The position numbers and the translations under genes are program-made. The notes under the pieces are model-generated. The model worked only from the letters and a program-made list of their open reading frames with translations, searched no databases and was not told the origin of the DNA. Shown piece by piece: positions 20,380 through 29,940 of a stretch of DNA of 64,000 bases (positions within the stretch are counted from its first letter, which is position 1; each line of letters opens with the position of its first letter). The stretch comes from an uncultured virus (IMG/VR IMGVR_UViG_3300028187_000002) (lineage: Duplodnaviria; Heunggongvirae; Uroviricota; Caudoviricetes; Herelleviridae): IMG/VR virus record IMGVR_UViG_3300028187_000002; one strand, written 5' to 3'.

Positions 20380-20497
20380 TAATTTTTAGTTACTAACGTA
20401 ACTAAAAATTATAAAGAGTATTTATTTATAAAGGTTAATATAAAAGAGAAAACTTTTAAAGGTTACCTTTAAATAATTAAAAAATTTAAAGAAAAAA
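20380..20497. other. AT-rich non-coding tract with palindromes (candidate replication origin)
   Basis: 14-bp perfect inverted repeat 20380-20393/20398-20411 and 9-bp inverted repeat 20455-20463/20465-20473 in an almost pure A/T tract between two replication genes. Confidence 0.45.
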
Positions 20498-20575
20498 GGG
20501 AGGCAAAAGCCCTACACTCCGTAGTTCGAGCGGTCGTTCAGTGGACAGCTTTTATATGAGAGGACAGTGTTTAGT

Positions 20576-21355
20576 ATGGCAAAGAGGAAACCAAAGGTTA
20601 TAACGAGGGTACCTATCATACGGAAAGCTATAATATTACCGAAAGAGGTGAAGGCATATTTAAGACTATTACAAATGCAAGAAGAGACTAGAGAAGATGA
20701 CATTCTAGAGATTGTAAGGCATTATGAGATGTTGGCACGAAAGGTAATAGGGAAGGCTGGTTACTCAGTTGTATCCCATAAAGAGCCTACAAAGAGCAAG
20801 AGATGGATACACTTTGAAAGAGTATACGAAATATGTAGAATGCAACAGTGGGATGGAAAGTTATATATTGAATCCCAGTTTCAGAGATTAGGTGGAATAC
20901 CAATGGCTCATATGATGTATTCCGTTCGTGCCTTGAGATACTTCACAAACTATCTGGCAGATATCAAACGTAAGTCAGAGAAGGACGTGGGTGGCAAGAA
21001 AAAAGAAAAAGGAAGACAGACTCTCAGCAGTAGGGAAGAAGTGATTGAGGGTGTAATCTCCTCTGCGGAGACTCTAAACACCTACATCAAGCAGTCTATT
21101 ATGGATGACAAAGCCCAGTACAAGGCTATCAAAATCTATCAGGCTTGGAGGGAGTTGTCCCCATACTATCTATGGTCAGTGCCTTGGTTTCATGATGTTG
21201 TATCCACAATGACAGGAGATTCCAATAGGGAGAAGCTGGTTATGAAGGAGTTTAACATGATTCACGAGTCCAAGACGTTACAGGAACTCATAGAAAAGAC
21301 TGTGAAAGAAGTAGAGTCTCACTTTAGTATTCCTCCTAACATCAAACTGGGATAG
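20576..21355 (+). CDS. Hypothetical protein (possible helicase loader or initiator)
   Basis: Basic ~260-aa ORF between the AT-rich tract and DnaB; function inferred from position only. Confidence 0.55.
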   Translation: MAKRKPKVITRVPIIRKAIILPKEVKAYLRLLQMQEETREDDILEIVRHYEMLARKVIGKAGYSVVSHKEPTKSKRWIHFERVYEICRMQQWDGKLYIESQFQRLGGIPMAHMMYSVRALRYFTNYLADIKRKSEKDVGGKKKEKGRQTLSSREEVIEGVISSAETLNTYIKQSIMDDKAQYKAIKIYQAWRELSPYYLWSVPWFHDVVSTMTGDSNREKLVMKEFNMIHESKTLQELIEKTVKEVESHFSIPPNIKLG

Positions 21356-21357
21356 GC

Positions 21358-21389
21358 AAGAGAGGACTTTTGGGGTCTTCTCTTTTATT
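21358..21389 (+). promoter_or_regulatory. Phage middle-type promoter motif
   Basis: AAGAGA-N19-TTTTATT, matching a motif repeated more than 12 times in intergenic gaps. Confidence 0.6.
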
Positions 21390-21425
21390 AAGTCGGAGGA
21401 CAGTTTGAAGGGGGTAGCATATTGC

Positions 21426-22757
21426 ATGCCTGAAACATATGAATTTTCAGAATCGTTCCAGTCTAAGATACTGGCACTAATGGCACGTGACAAAGTTTTC
21501 TACATTACATTTAGAGAAGTACTAAAACCTAAGTTTCTTAGGAAAGACATTCATATTGACATGGCTCGTATCATTCAAGAACACTATGAGAAAGAGTCAG
21601 ACCGTGCTACTAAGAAAGGCACTGACGTTAACCCTCCAACTACAGAGGTACTTTGGGAAGAGGTAAGGAAACTTACCAAGAATAATAAACTCAAAGCTAA
21701 GATAAAAGACCAGTATGAAGATTGTATACTGGATATATTTGATGCTGACCTGTCAGATGCGGAGTATATAAAGGACAATGTTATTGCATTTGGTAGGCGT
21801 TCTGCAATTGAACAGGCTATCTGGGACTCTGTAGGGTTGCTGGAAAAGGGTACATCAGAGGATTTCAATAAGATAGAAGACCTGGTAGGTAAAGCTCTTA
21901 GAATAGGTGAAGACATTGGTGACTTGGGTACAGATTACTACTCCAATGCTCAAGAACGTATTGAGAACTATCGTGAGGGTACGGATGGTGTTCGTAGGAT
22001 TCCAACAGGGATATCTGGTGTAGATAATATTCTACATGGGGGTCTTGGTGGAGGAGAACTAGGGGTTGTTATCGCACCTCCTAACCGTGGTAAATCTATT
22101 GCATTGATTAACATTGGTGCAGGAGCAGTACTAGAAGGTTACAACGTAGTACACTTCACACTAGAGATGCCAGAGAAACAGGTTACTAAGCGTTATGACC
22201 AACGCTTAATGGGTAAATCATTCGAGTATATGAAAGATAACCCAGACAAGATACTTAAAGCGATTATGAATATGCAGAAGACTAAGAGAGGTCAACTGTT
22301 CGTTAAGAAGTACAAGACTAATGATTGTACGGTACACACAATGCGTTCATACCTTACTAGGTTATGGATGGAGAAAGGCATTAAGCCTGACGTTATTATT
22401 GTCGATTACGGTGACCTTGTACAACCACGTAGAACCTACGCTGACAAGCGTTTCGAATTAGAGTCTGTGTACTTAGACTTACGTGACTTAGCAGCTGAGT
22501 ATGACTGTCCAGTGTGGACTGCATCACAGGCTAACCGTGGAGCACTAGACAAGAAGGTTATCACAATTGGTGACTTAGCAGAGGCATTCAATAAAGCTAA
22601 CATTGCAGACTTTATGATGGCTCTATGTCAGACTACGGAAGAAAAAGAAGATGGCGAAATGCGTATCTATATCTCTAAACACAGGGATGGTGAAGCCAAT
22701 ATATCCATCAATAATGAAATAGACTACGCTACGATGACCTTGAGTTCATACGAATAG
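21426..22757 (+). CDS. dnaB: Replicative DNA helicase (DnaB family)
   Basis: 'IPTGISGVD..L.GGL..GEL', Walker A 'APPNRGKS', 'TLEM', 'IIVDYGDL', 'WTASQANR', 'KHRDG'. Confidence 0.92.
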   Translation: MPETYEFSESFQSKILALMARDKVFYITFREVLKPKFLRKDIHIDMARIIQEHYEKESDRATKKGTDVNPPTTEVLWEEVRKLTKNNKLKAKIKDQYEDCILDIFDADLSDAEYIKDNVIAFGRRSAIEQAIWDSVGLLEKGTSEDFNKIEDLVGKALRIGEDIGDLGTDYYSNAQERIENYREGTDGVRRIPTGISGVDNILHGGLGGGELGVVIAPPNRGKSIALINIGAGAVLEGYNVVHFTLEMPEKQVTKRYDQRLMGKSFEYMKDNPDKILKAIMNMQKTKRGQLFVKKYKTNDCTVHTMRSYLTRLWMEKGIKPDVIIVDYGDLVQPRRTYADKRFELESVYLDLRDLAAEYDCPVWTASQANRGALDKKVITIGDLAEAFNKANIADFMMALCQTTEEKEDGEMRIYISKHRDGEANISINNEIDYATMTLSSYE

Positions 22758-22768
22758 GGAGGATTTAT

Positions 22769-23059
22769 ATGGGAATAGTGACGGAGAAGGTACCACCATT
22801 AAAACTACTAGGTAAAGAGGGAGCAGACTTAAACTACTGGAGTTTTCTAGGAAATATCCATCACAACCCTATGGTTGTGGAGACTCCATGCTCTAAGTGT
22901 TACTCTAAGAGCATAAATGTTAATTCTATTCTGGCAGGTGAGGTAACAAATCCTATCTTTAATAGAGTTATAATGAATGCTATTAAAACTACTGAGGGTA
23001 TATACTATGTGGGTGGTTGTGGTGAGTGTGGTACTGTTTACTGGGGGAAAGGGGAATAG
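22769..23059 (+). CDS. Hypothetical protein with two CxxC pairs
   Basis: RBS GGAGG; CSKC and CGEC. Confidence 0.6.
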   Translation: MGIVTEKVPPLKLLGKEGADLNYWSFLGNIHHNPMVVETPCSKCYSKSINVNSILAGEVTNPIFNRVIMNAIKTTEGIYYVGGCGECGTVYWGKGE

Positions 23060-23062
23060 TCA

Positions 23063-23278
23063 ATGTTAGAACATGGAACTACTCTAAAGGAACACTTTGC
23101 AGCTATCGTAGGTATGATAAGAGAGGGAACAGTTGATAGTTACGATATAACTATGAGAACTGAATCAGCCCACTTTGAGGACTACCTAAAGAAGGAACGT
23201 ATCAGATACAGTAAAACTGTTAGTTATGGTACGGGGATTGGCTCTTTACCTATTAACACATTTAGACTGGAGGAATAA
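23063..23278 (+). CDS. Hypothetical protein
   Basis: RBS GGGG; tightly packed in operon. Confidence 0.55.
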   Translation: MLEHGTTLKEHFAAIVGMIREGTVDSYDITMRTESAHFEDYLKKERIRYSKTVSYGTGIGSLPINTFRLEE

Positions 23279-23281
23279 ATA

Positions 23282-23833
23282 ATGAATTGTCCAAGTTGTA
23301 AAAAGCGTGGACACAACGTAGAGGTTATCAACAGTGGTAACCTCTATCGTTGTTTAAGATGCTTAAAAGATACCACGGAGAAGGAATTCAAAGAATCCCT
23401 TTCTTTAAAGGGAAGGGGCAAGGTTCTCTTGTGTACTATTCATGGAAGGACGGTTATGCCTGATGCTGACGTACAACTGTTAGCAGTAGGGAAACCTAAG
23501 GGTAGAACTTATTTCCAGTGGTGGGAGCATAAGCCAGGACTAGCACCTACTAGAGAGCTTGTCACGTTCACCAAGGAGCATAATAGAAAAGGTAGACTGG
23601 ATGGGTGGTTTGAACGCTACACTGAAAGCCTACTAGCTGAATGGGAAGAGCGTGGAGACTTCTTTAGTCAGTTTAGCGAGGTTATTTATTGGTTGACAGA
23701 AGGTAAGACAGTGGCGATAGCTTGTTACTGTGATCATCGTAAGCGACCTGTGTGTCATCTGAGCATTTTGAGAGGTTTAATAGAGGACTTTGGTTTTACT
23801 GTAGAAGAGGCAGAACCAATACAATATAAATAG
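23282..23833 (+). CDS. Zn-ribbon plus DUF488-like protein
   Basis: N-terminal CPSC/CLRC; 'LAPT.EL....K', 'F.RY...L', 'VAIACYC......CH..IL' resemble DUF488/YeaO. Confidence 0.6.
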   Translation: MNCPSCKKRGHNVEVINSGNLYRCLRCLKDTTEKEFKESLSLKGRGKVLLCTIHGRTVMPDADVQLLAVGKPKGRTYFQWWEHKPGLAPTRELVTFTKEHNRKGRLDGWFERYTESLLAEWEERGDFFSQFSEVIYWLTEGKTVAIACYCDHRKRPVCHLSILRGLIEDFGFTVEEAEPIQYK

Positions 23834-23844
23834 GAGGGGTCAAG

Positions 23845-24204
23845 ATGAGTATGGTGCGTATTGAGTTAAACGAGATACGTAAGGGGACTATTAAAAGTTT
23901 TGTTGAAGCGTGGTCAGATGTAGAAGACAGAAGTGCTACAGACTGGGGTATAAAGGCTGGCTTAGGATGGGTAGTACGCAAGCTACACATAGAAGAGTTT
24001 ATCCATGAGCCAGGTGAGATTGTAGTAGATGTTCCTTTGTCCATCATTGAAGAGTGTAGGAAAGAGTGGAAAGAAAACTCCATAAATGCCTACTGGAATT
24101 TAGGCTACGCAAGGGCAATTTTTACAGTATTCATGACTCTAGGCTTAAAGGTTGAGCCAGACCCAGAGCCTATAGAATATATAACAAATTACTACAATAA
24201 ATAG
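23845..24204 (+). CDS. Hypothetical protein
   Basis: RBS AGGAGG; internal two-fold repeat (W..(K)AG/LGYAR). Confidence 0.6.
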   Translation: MSMVRIELNEIRKGTIKSFVEAWSDVEDRSATDWGIKAGLGWVVRKLHIEEFIHEPGEIVVDVPLSIIEECRKEWKENSINAYWNLGYARAIFTVFMTLGLKVEPDPEPIEYITNYYNK

Positions 24205-24215
24205 GAGATGATACC

Positions 24216-25274
24216 ATGAAGTACGCAATATCAGCAGACGTGCATGGACACATATACCCAGAGCACAATAAACCATCTGACCTTACAGGGTCTACACGAT
24301 TAGATAGAATTATTCTATCTTTACGATACAAGAAAGAGTACTGTTTAGCTAACGGTATTAAGCACATGATGTTTGCAGGAGACTTATACCACCAGAGAGC
24401 AAGAGTACATACAGTGGTTTACAATAGTCTACGTGATGAAATTAAGGCTATAGGTGAAGCAGGTATTGAGGTGCTGATGATTCCTGGTAACCATGACCAA
24501 ATAGATAACAGTGACTTCCCACAACACTCACTACACTCGTTTAGAGAGTTAGACAACATAACAGTTGTTGATGACTACCGCATAGTGAAGTTTGGGGACG
24601 CTGATGTAGTGTGTGTACCTTATAGCAAGAATGCACAGATGATTAAGACCTTCCTTGAGTCTATACCTACTGACTTAGAGAATCCTATCCTATTAGGACA
24701 CATGGGAATCAGTGGTGGGTTCGTAGGTAATGGTAACTTCCCTATGGCTGATGCCTTTACTGTAGAGGACTTGAGACCTGACCTGTTCAAATATGTATTC
24801 TTGGGTCACTTCCATATGTATCAACTACTAGGAGGTCACCCTCATGTAATGTATGTTGGCTCTCCACTAGAGCATAGTCATGGAGATGAAGGAGAGGACA
24901 AGGGCTTTGTAGTAGCAGACACTAGCAAACGCTTTGATACTAAGCTGATACCTATCCCTAATCCTAAATTCCTAACCTTAGACAGAGACGCTATCATGGA
25001 TGGAGCGGTATTGGAAGAACATGCTAGACTGGGTAACTATCTACGCTTTGAGCTAAATGCTGAAGATGCAGCATGGCTATCATCAGTAGCTCCTGTGAAC
25101 TTGTTGTATAAGGTCATCCTAAAGAAAGAATACAAGGAAGAGCTAAGAGTCCCTGTTAAAATAGGAATGAGCTTTGAGGATATTATAACTAAGTACGCTG
25201 AAGAATATGACCCAGATGCTTTGGAGCTAGGGTTAGAAATACTTCAAAGGGTACAGCAAGCGAAAGGGGTGTAA
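24216..25274 (+). CDS. sbcD: SbcD/Mre11-like metallophosphoesterase nuclease
   Basis: 'ADVHGH', 'AGDLYH', 'PGNHD', 'LGHFH', 'YVGSP'; upstream of a Rad50-like gene. Confidence 0.9.
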   Translation: MKYAISADVHGHIYPEHNKPSDLTGSTRLDRIILSLRYKKEYCLANGIKHMMFAGDLYHQRARVHTVVYNSLRDEIKAIGEAGIEVLMIPGNHDQIDNSDFPQHSLHSFRELDNITVVDDYRIVKFGDADVVCVPYSKNAQMIKTFLESIPTDLENPILLGHMGISGGFVGNGNFPMADAFTVEDLRPDLFKYVFLGHFHMYQLLGGHPHVMYVGSPLEHSHGDEGEDKGFVVADTSKRFDTKLIPIPNPKFLTLDRDAIMDGAVLEEHARLGNYLRFELNAEDAAWLSSVAPVNLLYKVILKKEYKEELRVPVKIGMSFEDIITKYAEEYDPDALELGLEILQRVQQAKGV

Positions 25275-25277
25275 CTG

Positions 25278-25658
25278 ATGTGTACTACATGTGTACGTCA
25301 ACCTGTTAAAGTCAAACGTAAAGCTATAACATATTTCACAGACCACGGTATAGGGAACGGTAAGTGGTTTGCATTCCCTAAACCAGAGGATGAGAGACCT
25401 CCTAGACTTACTAGGAAATTACAAAATAATGAGAAACTTATATGGTGTCCCTGGTGTGCAGAGTACACCATCTACAAGAAAAAGCGTTCAGATACTAACT
25501 TCAACTGTACTGGTTGGTGTGGTTGGGGCAACACTGGAGAGTTCTATGTAAACAAGTATAACGATTTATGGTTTGATGATGTGCCTACAGCAGACCTTAA
25601 GAAAGTGGTTATGCCAGCTCCAGCTAAACCTAGAGGTGGTAAGAAACGGAGGGGTTAA
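25278..25658 (+). CDS. Cys-rich hypothetical protein
   Basis: RBS AAGGGGTG; CPWC and CTGWC. Confidence 0.6.
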   Translation: MCTTCVRQPVKVKRKAITYFTDHGIGNGKWFAFPKPEDERPPRLTRKLQNNEKLIWCPWCAEYTIYKKKRSDTNFNCTGWCGWGNTGEFYVNKYNDLWFDDVPTADLKKVVMPAPAKPRGGKKRRG

Positions 25659-25659
25659 G

Positions 25660-25902
25660 GTGAAGATAGTTAAACAGGATAAAGGTAAAGTCATCGTGGA
25701 ACTAAACCCTATAGAAGCAGAAATGTTTCAAAAGAGTATGGTAAGACATGCCAAGATGTTAAATAAAAAGTGGGAAGCCCTAGAGACAAAAATACCTGAG
25801 GAGTTTCTGTACCACGCTGCTAGAAAAGACAATGCAGATGGCTTGAAGCGTAAATTCGGTATAATAGTCAATAGATTTAGAGAATGGGGAGTCCTAAAGT
25901 AG
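25660..25902 (+). CDS. Hypothetical protein
   Basis: GTG start after RBS GGAGGGG; 3' part of track ORF 25573..25902. Confidence 0.55.
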   Translation: MKIVKQDKGKVIVELNPIEAEMFQKSMVRHAKMLNKKWEALETKIPEEFLYHAARKDNADGLKRKFGIIVNRFREWGVLK

Positions 25903-25973
25903 CGGTTGAGAAAATTCTCAATCGCTTTCTTTTTTATTTGTGAAGGGCGAACGACATACGGGAAGGTGATAGA

Positions 25974-26072
25974 ATGATAATTGGAGAGGTTATAGCTGAA
26001 GTGGTCGTAGCCATTCTGGAACTTGTAGGAGTAGTTATTGAGTCTAAGAGTAACAAGGAGGAAGAGGAATGA
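25974..26072 (+). CDS. 32-aa hydrophobic micro-protein (not in ORF track)
   Basis: RBS GGAAGGTG; MIIGEVIAEVVVAILELVGVVIESKSNKEEEE; ATGA overlap with the sbcC start. Confidence 0.55.
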   Translation: MIIGEVIAEVVVAILELVGVVIESKSNKEEEE

Positions 26073-27982
26073 GACTAGGTGAATTAGAAGTACAGAATTT
26101 TCTATCTATTCAAGAAGCATCAATAGACCTCTCTAATAAGGGGTTAGTGCTTGTACAGGGAGACAATAAGGACTCTACAGCTTTTGATAGCAATGGGTCA
26201 GGTAAGTCTACTTTAGTGTCTGAATCCCCAACATGGTGTATCTATGGTAAGACAATCCGTGGATTTAAGCCTGACAAGGTGGTTAACCGTATTGCTGAAA
26301 AGGATACAAGGGTGTCTCTAAAAATCTATGATGATATGGGAGACGAATACCAGATTGTTCGCCATCGTAAGCATCGAGAATATAAGAACCATGTTCTTCT
26401 ATATAGAAATGGTGAGAATATAACAGGCAAGAGTGACACTGATACAGATAAGATGATTGAGGACATTATCGGTATGGACTTTGTAACGTTCTCTAATTCT
26501 ATCATGTTTGGTCAAGGTGCAGATACTATGTTCGCCCTAGCAACAGATGCTACCCAAAAGCAGGTTCTAGAAAGAATGCTACAAATTGAGCTATTCAAGG
26601 ATATGCAGGAAGAAGCTAAAAAGGGATTAGCTAAAGAAGAGATGGAAATCTCTAAGCTTAATTCTGACATACAAGCCACTCAAACTGGTCTATCTACTAT
26701 CAGAACCACTATTGAAGACTTACAGAATAAGGAAGCAGCACTAGAGAAGACTGTAGATGTACGTATTGGTGAACTTAATAAAGAGCTAGAAGAGACAGAA
26801 GACCAATTAAGTCTACAGCCCAGTACCAAGGACTTAGAGGAAGATAAGGAAGAAGTAAAAGGATTAATAGCTGACGTAGAGAAGGGTCTGGCTTCATACG
26901 AGACAACTGAGAAGCAGAAGACAGAACTACTAGGCACTATTAACGCCTTAGAGAAAGAGATTGATAGATATAACAAGCATATTAAGAAGACAGAAAAACA
27001 ACTAGATGACGTCAAGAACAAAAGAGACATACCAGAAAACTGTTCTGCATGTGGGCAAGCGCTTCCTTTGGAAGACACAACCGCAATCGAAAATCACCTA
27101 CAAAGTGATATAGACAAAAACAAGAAAGAGCGAGAAGAAGCGGAAGACGATTTGGAAGAAATGATTGGTTATTTGAAAGCCACTAACAAGAAGCTAGAGA
27201 AGAAGAAACCTCTAGAGGTAAGTCTAAATGACCTACGTACAGAACTGGCAGAAACCAATAGTGAAATTAAGTCAATTGATAGCAAGAAGGCTTCTATTGA
27301 GAAATCAATCGCTAGTATCAAGAGACAGATAAAAGAGCAGGAAGACCTAAAGAACTCTACGTTTACAGAGATTATTGAGAAGAACATAGAGGACGCTAAG
27401 GTTCTGGAAGCTAAGATACAAGAGACTAACAAGAAGATGGAAGAGCACATGGCTATGGCTAAGAAGTATGAATTCTGGGTTAATGGCTTCAGTAACCAAG
27501 GTATCAAGTCAGTCCTACTGGACAGTGTGACTCCATTCCTTAATGAACGTGCAAACTACTATCTATCTAAGCTAACTGAATCAACTATTGAGGTTGAATT
27601 TACTACACAAGAGAAGCTTAAAAATGGTAAGATTAAAGATAAGTTCTCCGTAAAGGTCACTAACATTCACGGTGATGATGAGTACAAGGGTAACAGTAAT
27701 GGTGAAAAACGTAGGGTTGACGTTGCTATTAACATGGCTCTGCAAGACCTTGTGTCATCTAGGTCTAATAAGAAACTGGACATCATCGTATATGATGAGG
27801 TATTCGATGGTCTAGATGAAATCGGTTGTAACACTGTTATTGAACTTCTACAAGAGAAGGCTAAAATCTTTGGTACAGTTATTGTTATCACTCATAATGA
27901 ACATCTTAAACAGTTGTTTAATAAGTACCTCAATGTGGTTAAAGAGGACGGTAGAACGGTGGTGCTTGAATTTGCAGCATAA
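26069..27982 (+). CDS. sbcC: SbcC/Rad50-like ATPase
   Basis: Walker A 'NGSGKST', coiled coils with CSAC zinc hook, signature 'SNGEKRR', Walker B 'YDEVFDGLD', 'ITH'. Confidence 0.92.
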   Translation: MRLGELEVQNFLSIQEASIDLSNKGLVLVQGDNKDSTAFDSNGSGKSTLVSESPTWCIYGKTIRGFKPDKVVNRIAEKDTRVSLKIYDDMGDEYQIVRHRKHREYKNHVLLYRNGENITGKSDTDTDKMIEDIIGMDFVTFSNSIMFGQGADTMFALATDATQKQVLERMLQIELFKDMQEEAKKGLAKEEMEISKLNSDIQATQTGLSTIRTTIEDLQNKEAALEKTVDVRIGELNKELEETEDQLSLQPSTKDLEEDKEEVKGLIADVEKGLASYETTEKQKTELLGTINALEKEIDRYNKHIKKTEKQLDDVKNKRDIPENCSACGQALPLEDTTAIENHLQSDIDKNKKEREEAEDDLEEMIGYLKATNKKLEKKKPLEVSLNDLRTELAETNSEIKSIDSKKASIEKSIASIKRQIKEQEDLKNSTFTEIIEKNIEDAKVLEAKIQETNKKMEEHMAMAKKYEFWVNGFSNQGIKSVLLDSVTPFLNERANYYLSKLTESTIEVEFTTQEKLKNGKIKDKFSVKVTNIHGDDEYKGNSNGEKRRVDVAINMALQDLVSSRSNKKLDIIVYDEVFDGLDEIGCNTVIELLQEKAKIFGTVIVITHNEHLKQLFNKYLNVVKEDGRTVVLEFAA

Positions 27983-28316
27983 TAGTGGAAGGTCTAAACA
28001 TGCCCTCACATTACCAGGTTTAGATAAGCCTATATCTAAGTACCTTGAGAAAGCAGAGGGGAGACTAAAGGCTAGTGCAATTGTCAGGGAGATAGAGTGT
28101 GTCATCTATAGAAAGATAGGGGAGTTTGAAACAATCACTGGTAGGAAGGCAAGATATGTTATAATGGATGAAAACACTAAAACAAAGCTTAGTGTTATGA
28201 AAAGCATAGCTAATCCTGTGCCCCTTGACCACAACTTGCCTACTCGTTTAATGTTCAATAACCTACCTATAATAGTGGTATACGGAAGAGGGGAGGGAAT
28301 ACAAATTGGATGCTAA
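27966..28316 (+). CDS. Hypothetical protein (paralogue of next gene; start uncertain)
   Basis: 3' part of track ORF 27816..28316; aligns by eye with 28306..28554. Confidence 0.5.
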   Translation: MNLQHNSGRSKHALTLPGLDKPISKYLEKAEGRLKASAIVREIECVIYRKIGEFETITGRKARYVIMDENTKTKLSVMKSIANPVPLDHNLPTRLMFNNLPIIVVYGRGEGIQIGC

Positions 28317-28554
28317 TGGATATGACATTGAGAGACGTATTATGAAGGAAGTCCATGACTTTCATATAAAGAAGTATAGGAATCCTGATTATGTTATATT
28401 AGATAACGGAACCTATGAGGAGTTACTAGATAGTTGTAGAAAGATAAGCAAGACGACTGAACCCTTACCAGATATAGCTCAGTATGCAGGAATGGATGTC
28501 GTGAGAACATTTACAGTAGGTAGAGGAATAGCTGTAGGGGAGGATGCAAGATGA
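28306..28554 (+). CDS. Hypothetical protein
   Basis: RBS GGAGGG; overlapping operon arrangement. Confidence 0.55.
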   Translation: MDANGYDIERRIMKEVHDFHIKKYRNPDYVILDNGTYEELLDSCRKISKTTEPLPDIAQYAGMDVVRTFTVGRGIAVGEDAR

Positions 28555-28763
28555 TAAACCTGCACTTAGATGATGAAGTGAGTTTTGTATACATTAACTG
28601 GCGTGGGGAGAAGGCTAGGCGTTATGTGAGGGTAACAGGGTTCTACTGGGGTAAGACTGATTGGCACCCAGAGTATCAGATGTTGTTATATGCATATGAT
28701 TTCGATAAGAAGAAGCACAGGTACTTTGCAGTAAAAGATATGAGCGATGTTGCACCAATGTAA
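28551..28763 (+). CDS. Stand-alone WYL-domain protein
   Basis: 'VSFVYINWRGE...R.V', 'LLYAYDFDKK..RYFAVKDM' follow the WYL fold pattern. Confidence 0.65.
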   Translation: MINLHLDDEVSFVYINWRGEKARRYVRVTGFYWGKTDWHPEYQMLLYAYDFDKKKHRYFAVKDMSDVAPM

Positions 28764-28775
28764 CAATTAATACTT

Positions 28776-28807
28776 AGGAGACGATTTCCAGACTCTTGCC
28801 TTTAATT
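28776..28807 (+). promoter_or_regulatory. Phage middle-type promoter motif
   Basis: AGGAGA-N19-TTTAATT upstream of primase. Confidence 0.65.
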
Positions 28808-28840
28808 AGGTGAGAGTCTTTTTCATGAGAGGTGATATAG

Positions 28841-29875
28841 ATGATAACAGACTACCTAGACGGATCACTAGGAGAGGGTAATTACCATAAGACCGAGAAG
28901 GGTGACCAGTACAGCTACCAGTGTCCCTTCTGTAAAGACCATAGAGACAGGATGTTTGTCAATGTGAACAGGAAGGTATACTTCTGTCATAACTGTGATG
29001 CAACTGGTACTTTAATCTCACTTATAGCAGATTATACACAGATTTCATACAAGGAAGCACTGGATATATTCAGAGAATATGATGGGTATGAGCAAGAGCT
29101 ACCAGATGACCTAGAGGAAGAGATATACAAGAGATTGTATAAGGCACCAGAGATTGAGATAGTTAAGACTATACACCCTTTACCTGACGAGTTTGTCCCA
29201 ATAGAAGAAGCTAGGGGAAAACTAGGAAAAGAGGTGGTCAAGTATATTAGGAGCAGGGGACTGACTCTTAGTATGGCAGAGCGTTATTCAATGGGATATT
29301 GTGATGGGGGTCAATACGATAGACGTATCATCATGCCTGACTTTGAAGATTATGAACTCATATACTGGCAGGCAAGGACAATAGACCCAGCACCTAAAAT
29401 AAAGCTTCTGAAGAAGCATTACAGAAAGGTAATGAACCCATCCCTAACAGAGGAACAGATAGACCAAGGAATGATGGCAGTAAGTAAATCAGAGATTGTG
29501 TCTAACATTGACTTAATACTGGACAATGGAGTTGCAGTTATCTGTGAGGGTAAAATGGATGCATACACAATAGGTGATAGCGGAGCAGCTATTCATGGAA
29601 AGGTTATGTCTGATACACAGTTTATGAAACTGGTAATGAACAAAGACAAGATAGACGTTATATACATTATGCTGGATGGTGATGCTTTTGAGTACGCAAT
29701 AAGAATTGCAAAACGCCTGTATAAGCATTTTGACGATGTGTACGTTTGTAGAATGCCCCATAAGGAAGCTGACCCAAATGGGATTGGTGCTAGAGGTTGT
29801 CTAGAAGTGATAGAAGGGGCAATGAAATACTCCCCTCTATTCGAGGTTAAATGCCGAATCAGAGGGTGGTTATAG
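28841..29875 (+). CDS. dnaG: DNA primase (CHC2 zinc finger + Toprim)
   Basis: CPFC...CHNC zinc finger, 'RIIMP', 'YWQAR', Toprim 'CEGKMDA' and 'LDGDA'. Confidence 0.9.
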   Translation: MITDYLDGSLGEGNYHKTEKGDQYSYQCPFCKDHRDRMFVNVNRKVYFCHNCDATGTLISLIADYTQISYKEALDIFREYDGYEQELPDDLEEEIYKRLYKAPEIEIVKTIHPLPDEFVPIEEARGKLGKEVVKYIRSRGLTLSMAERYSMGYCDGGQYDRRIIMPDFEDYELIYWQARTIDPAPKIKLLKKHYRKVMNPSLTEEQIDQGMMAVSKSEIVSNIDLILDNGVAVICEGKMDAYTIGDSGAAIHGKVMSDTQFMKLVMNKDKIDVIYIMLDGDAFEYAIRIAKRLYKHFDDVYVCRMPHKEADPNGIGARGCLEVIEGAMKYSPLFEVKCRIRGWL

Positions 29876-29877
29876 CA

Positions 29878-29908
29878 GGGAGACGAGTTTTTGTGGGAGG
29901 GTTTTTTT
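29878..29908 (+). promoter_or_regulatory. Phage middle-type promoter motif
   Basis: GGGAGA-N18-TTTTTTT upstream of dUTPase. Confidence 0.65.
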
Positions 29909-29940
29909 AAGTCGAACAAGCATTCAAGGAGGACAAGAAC

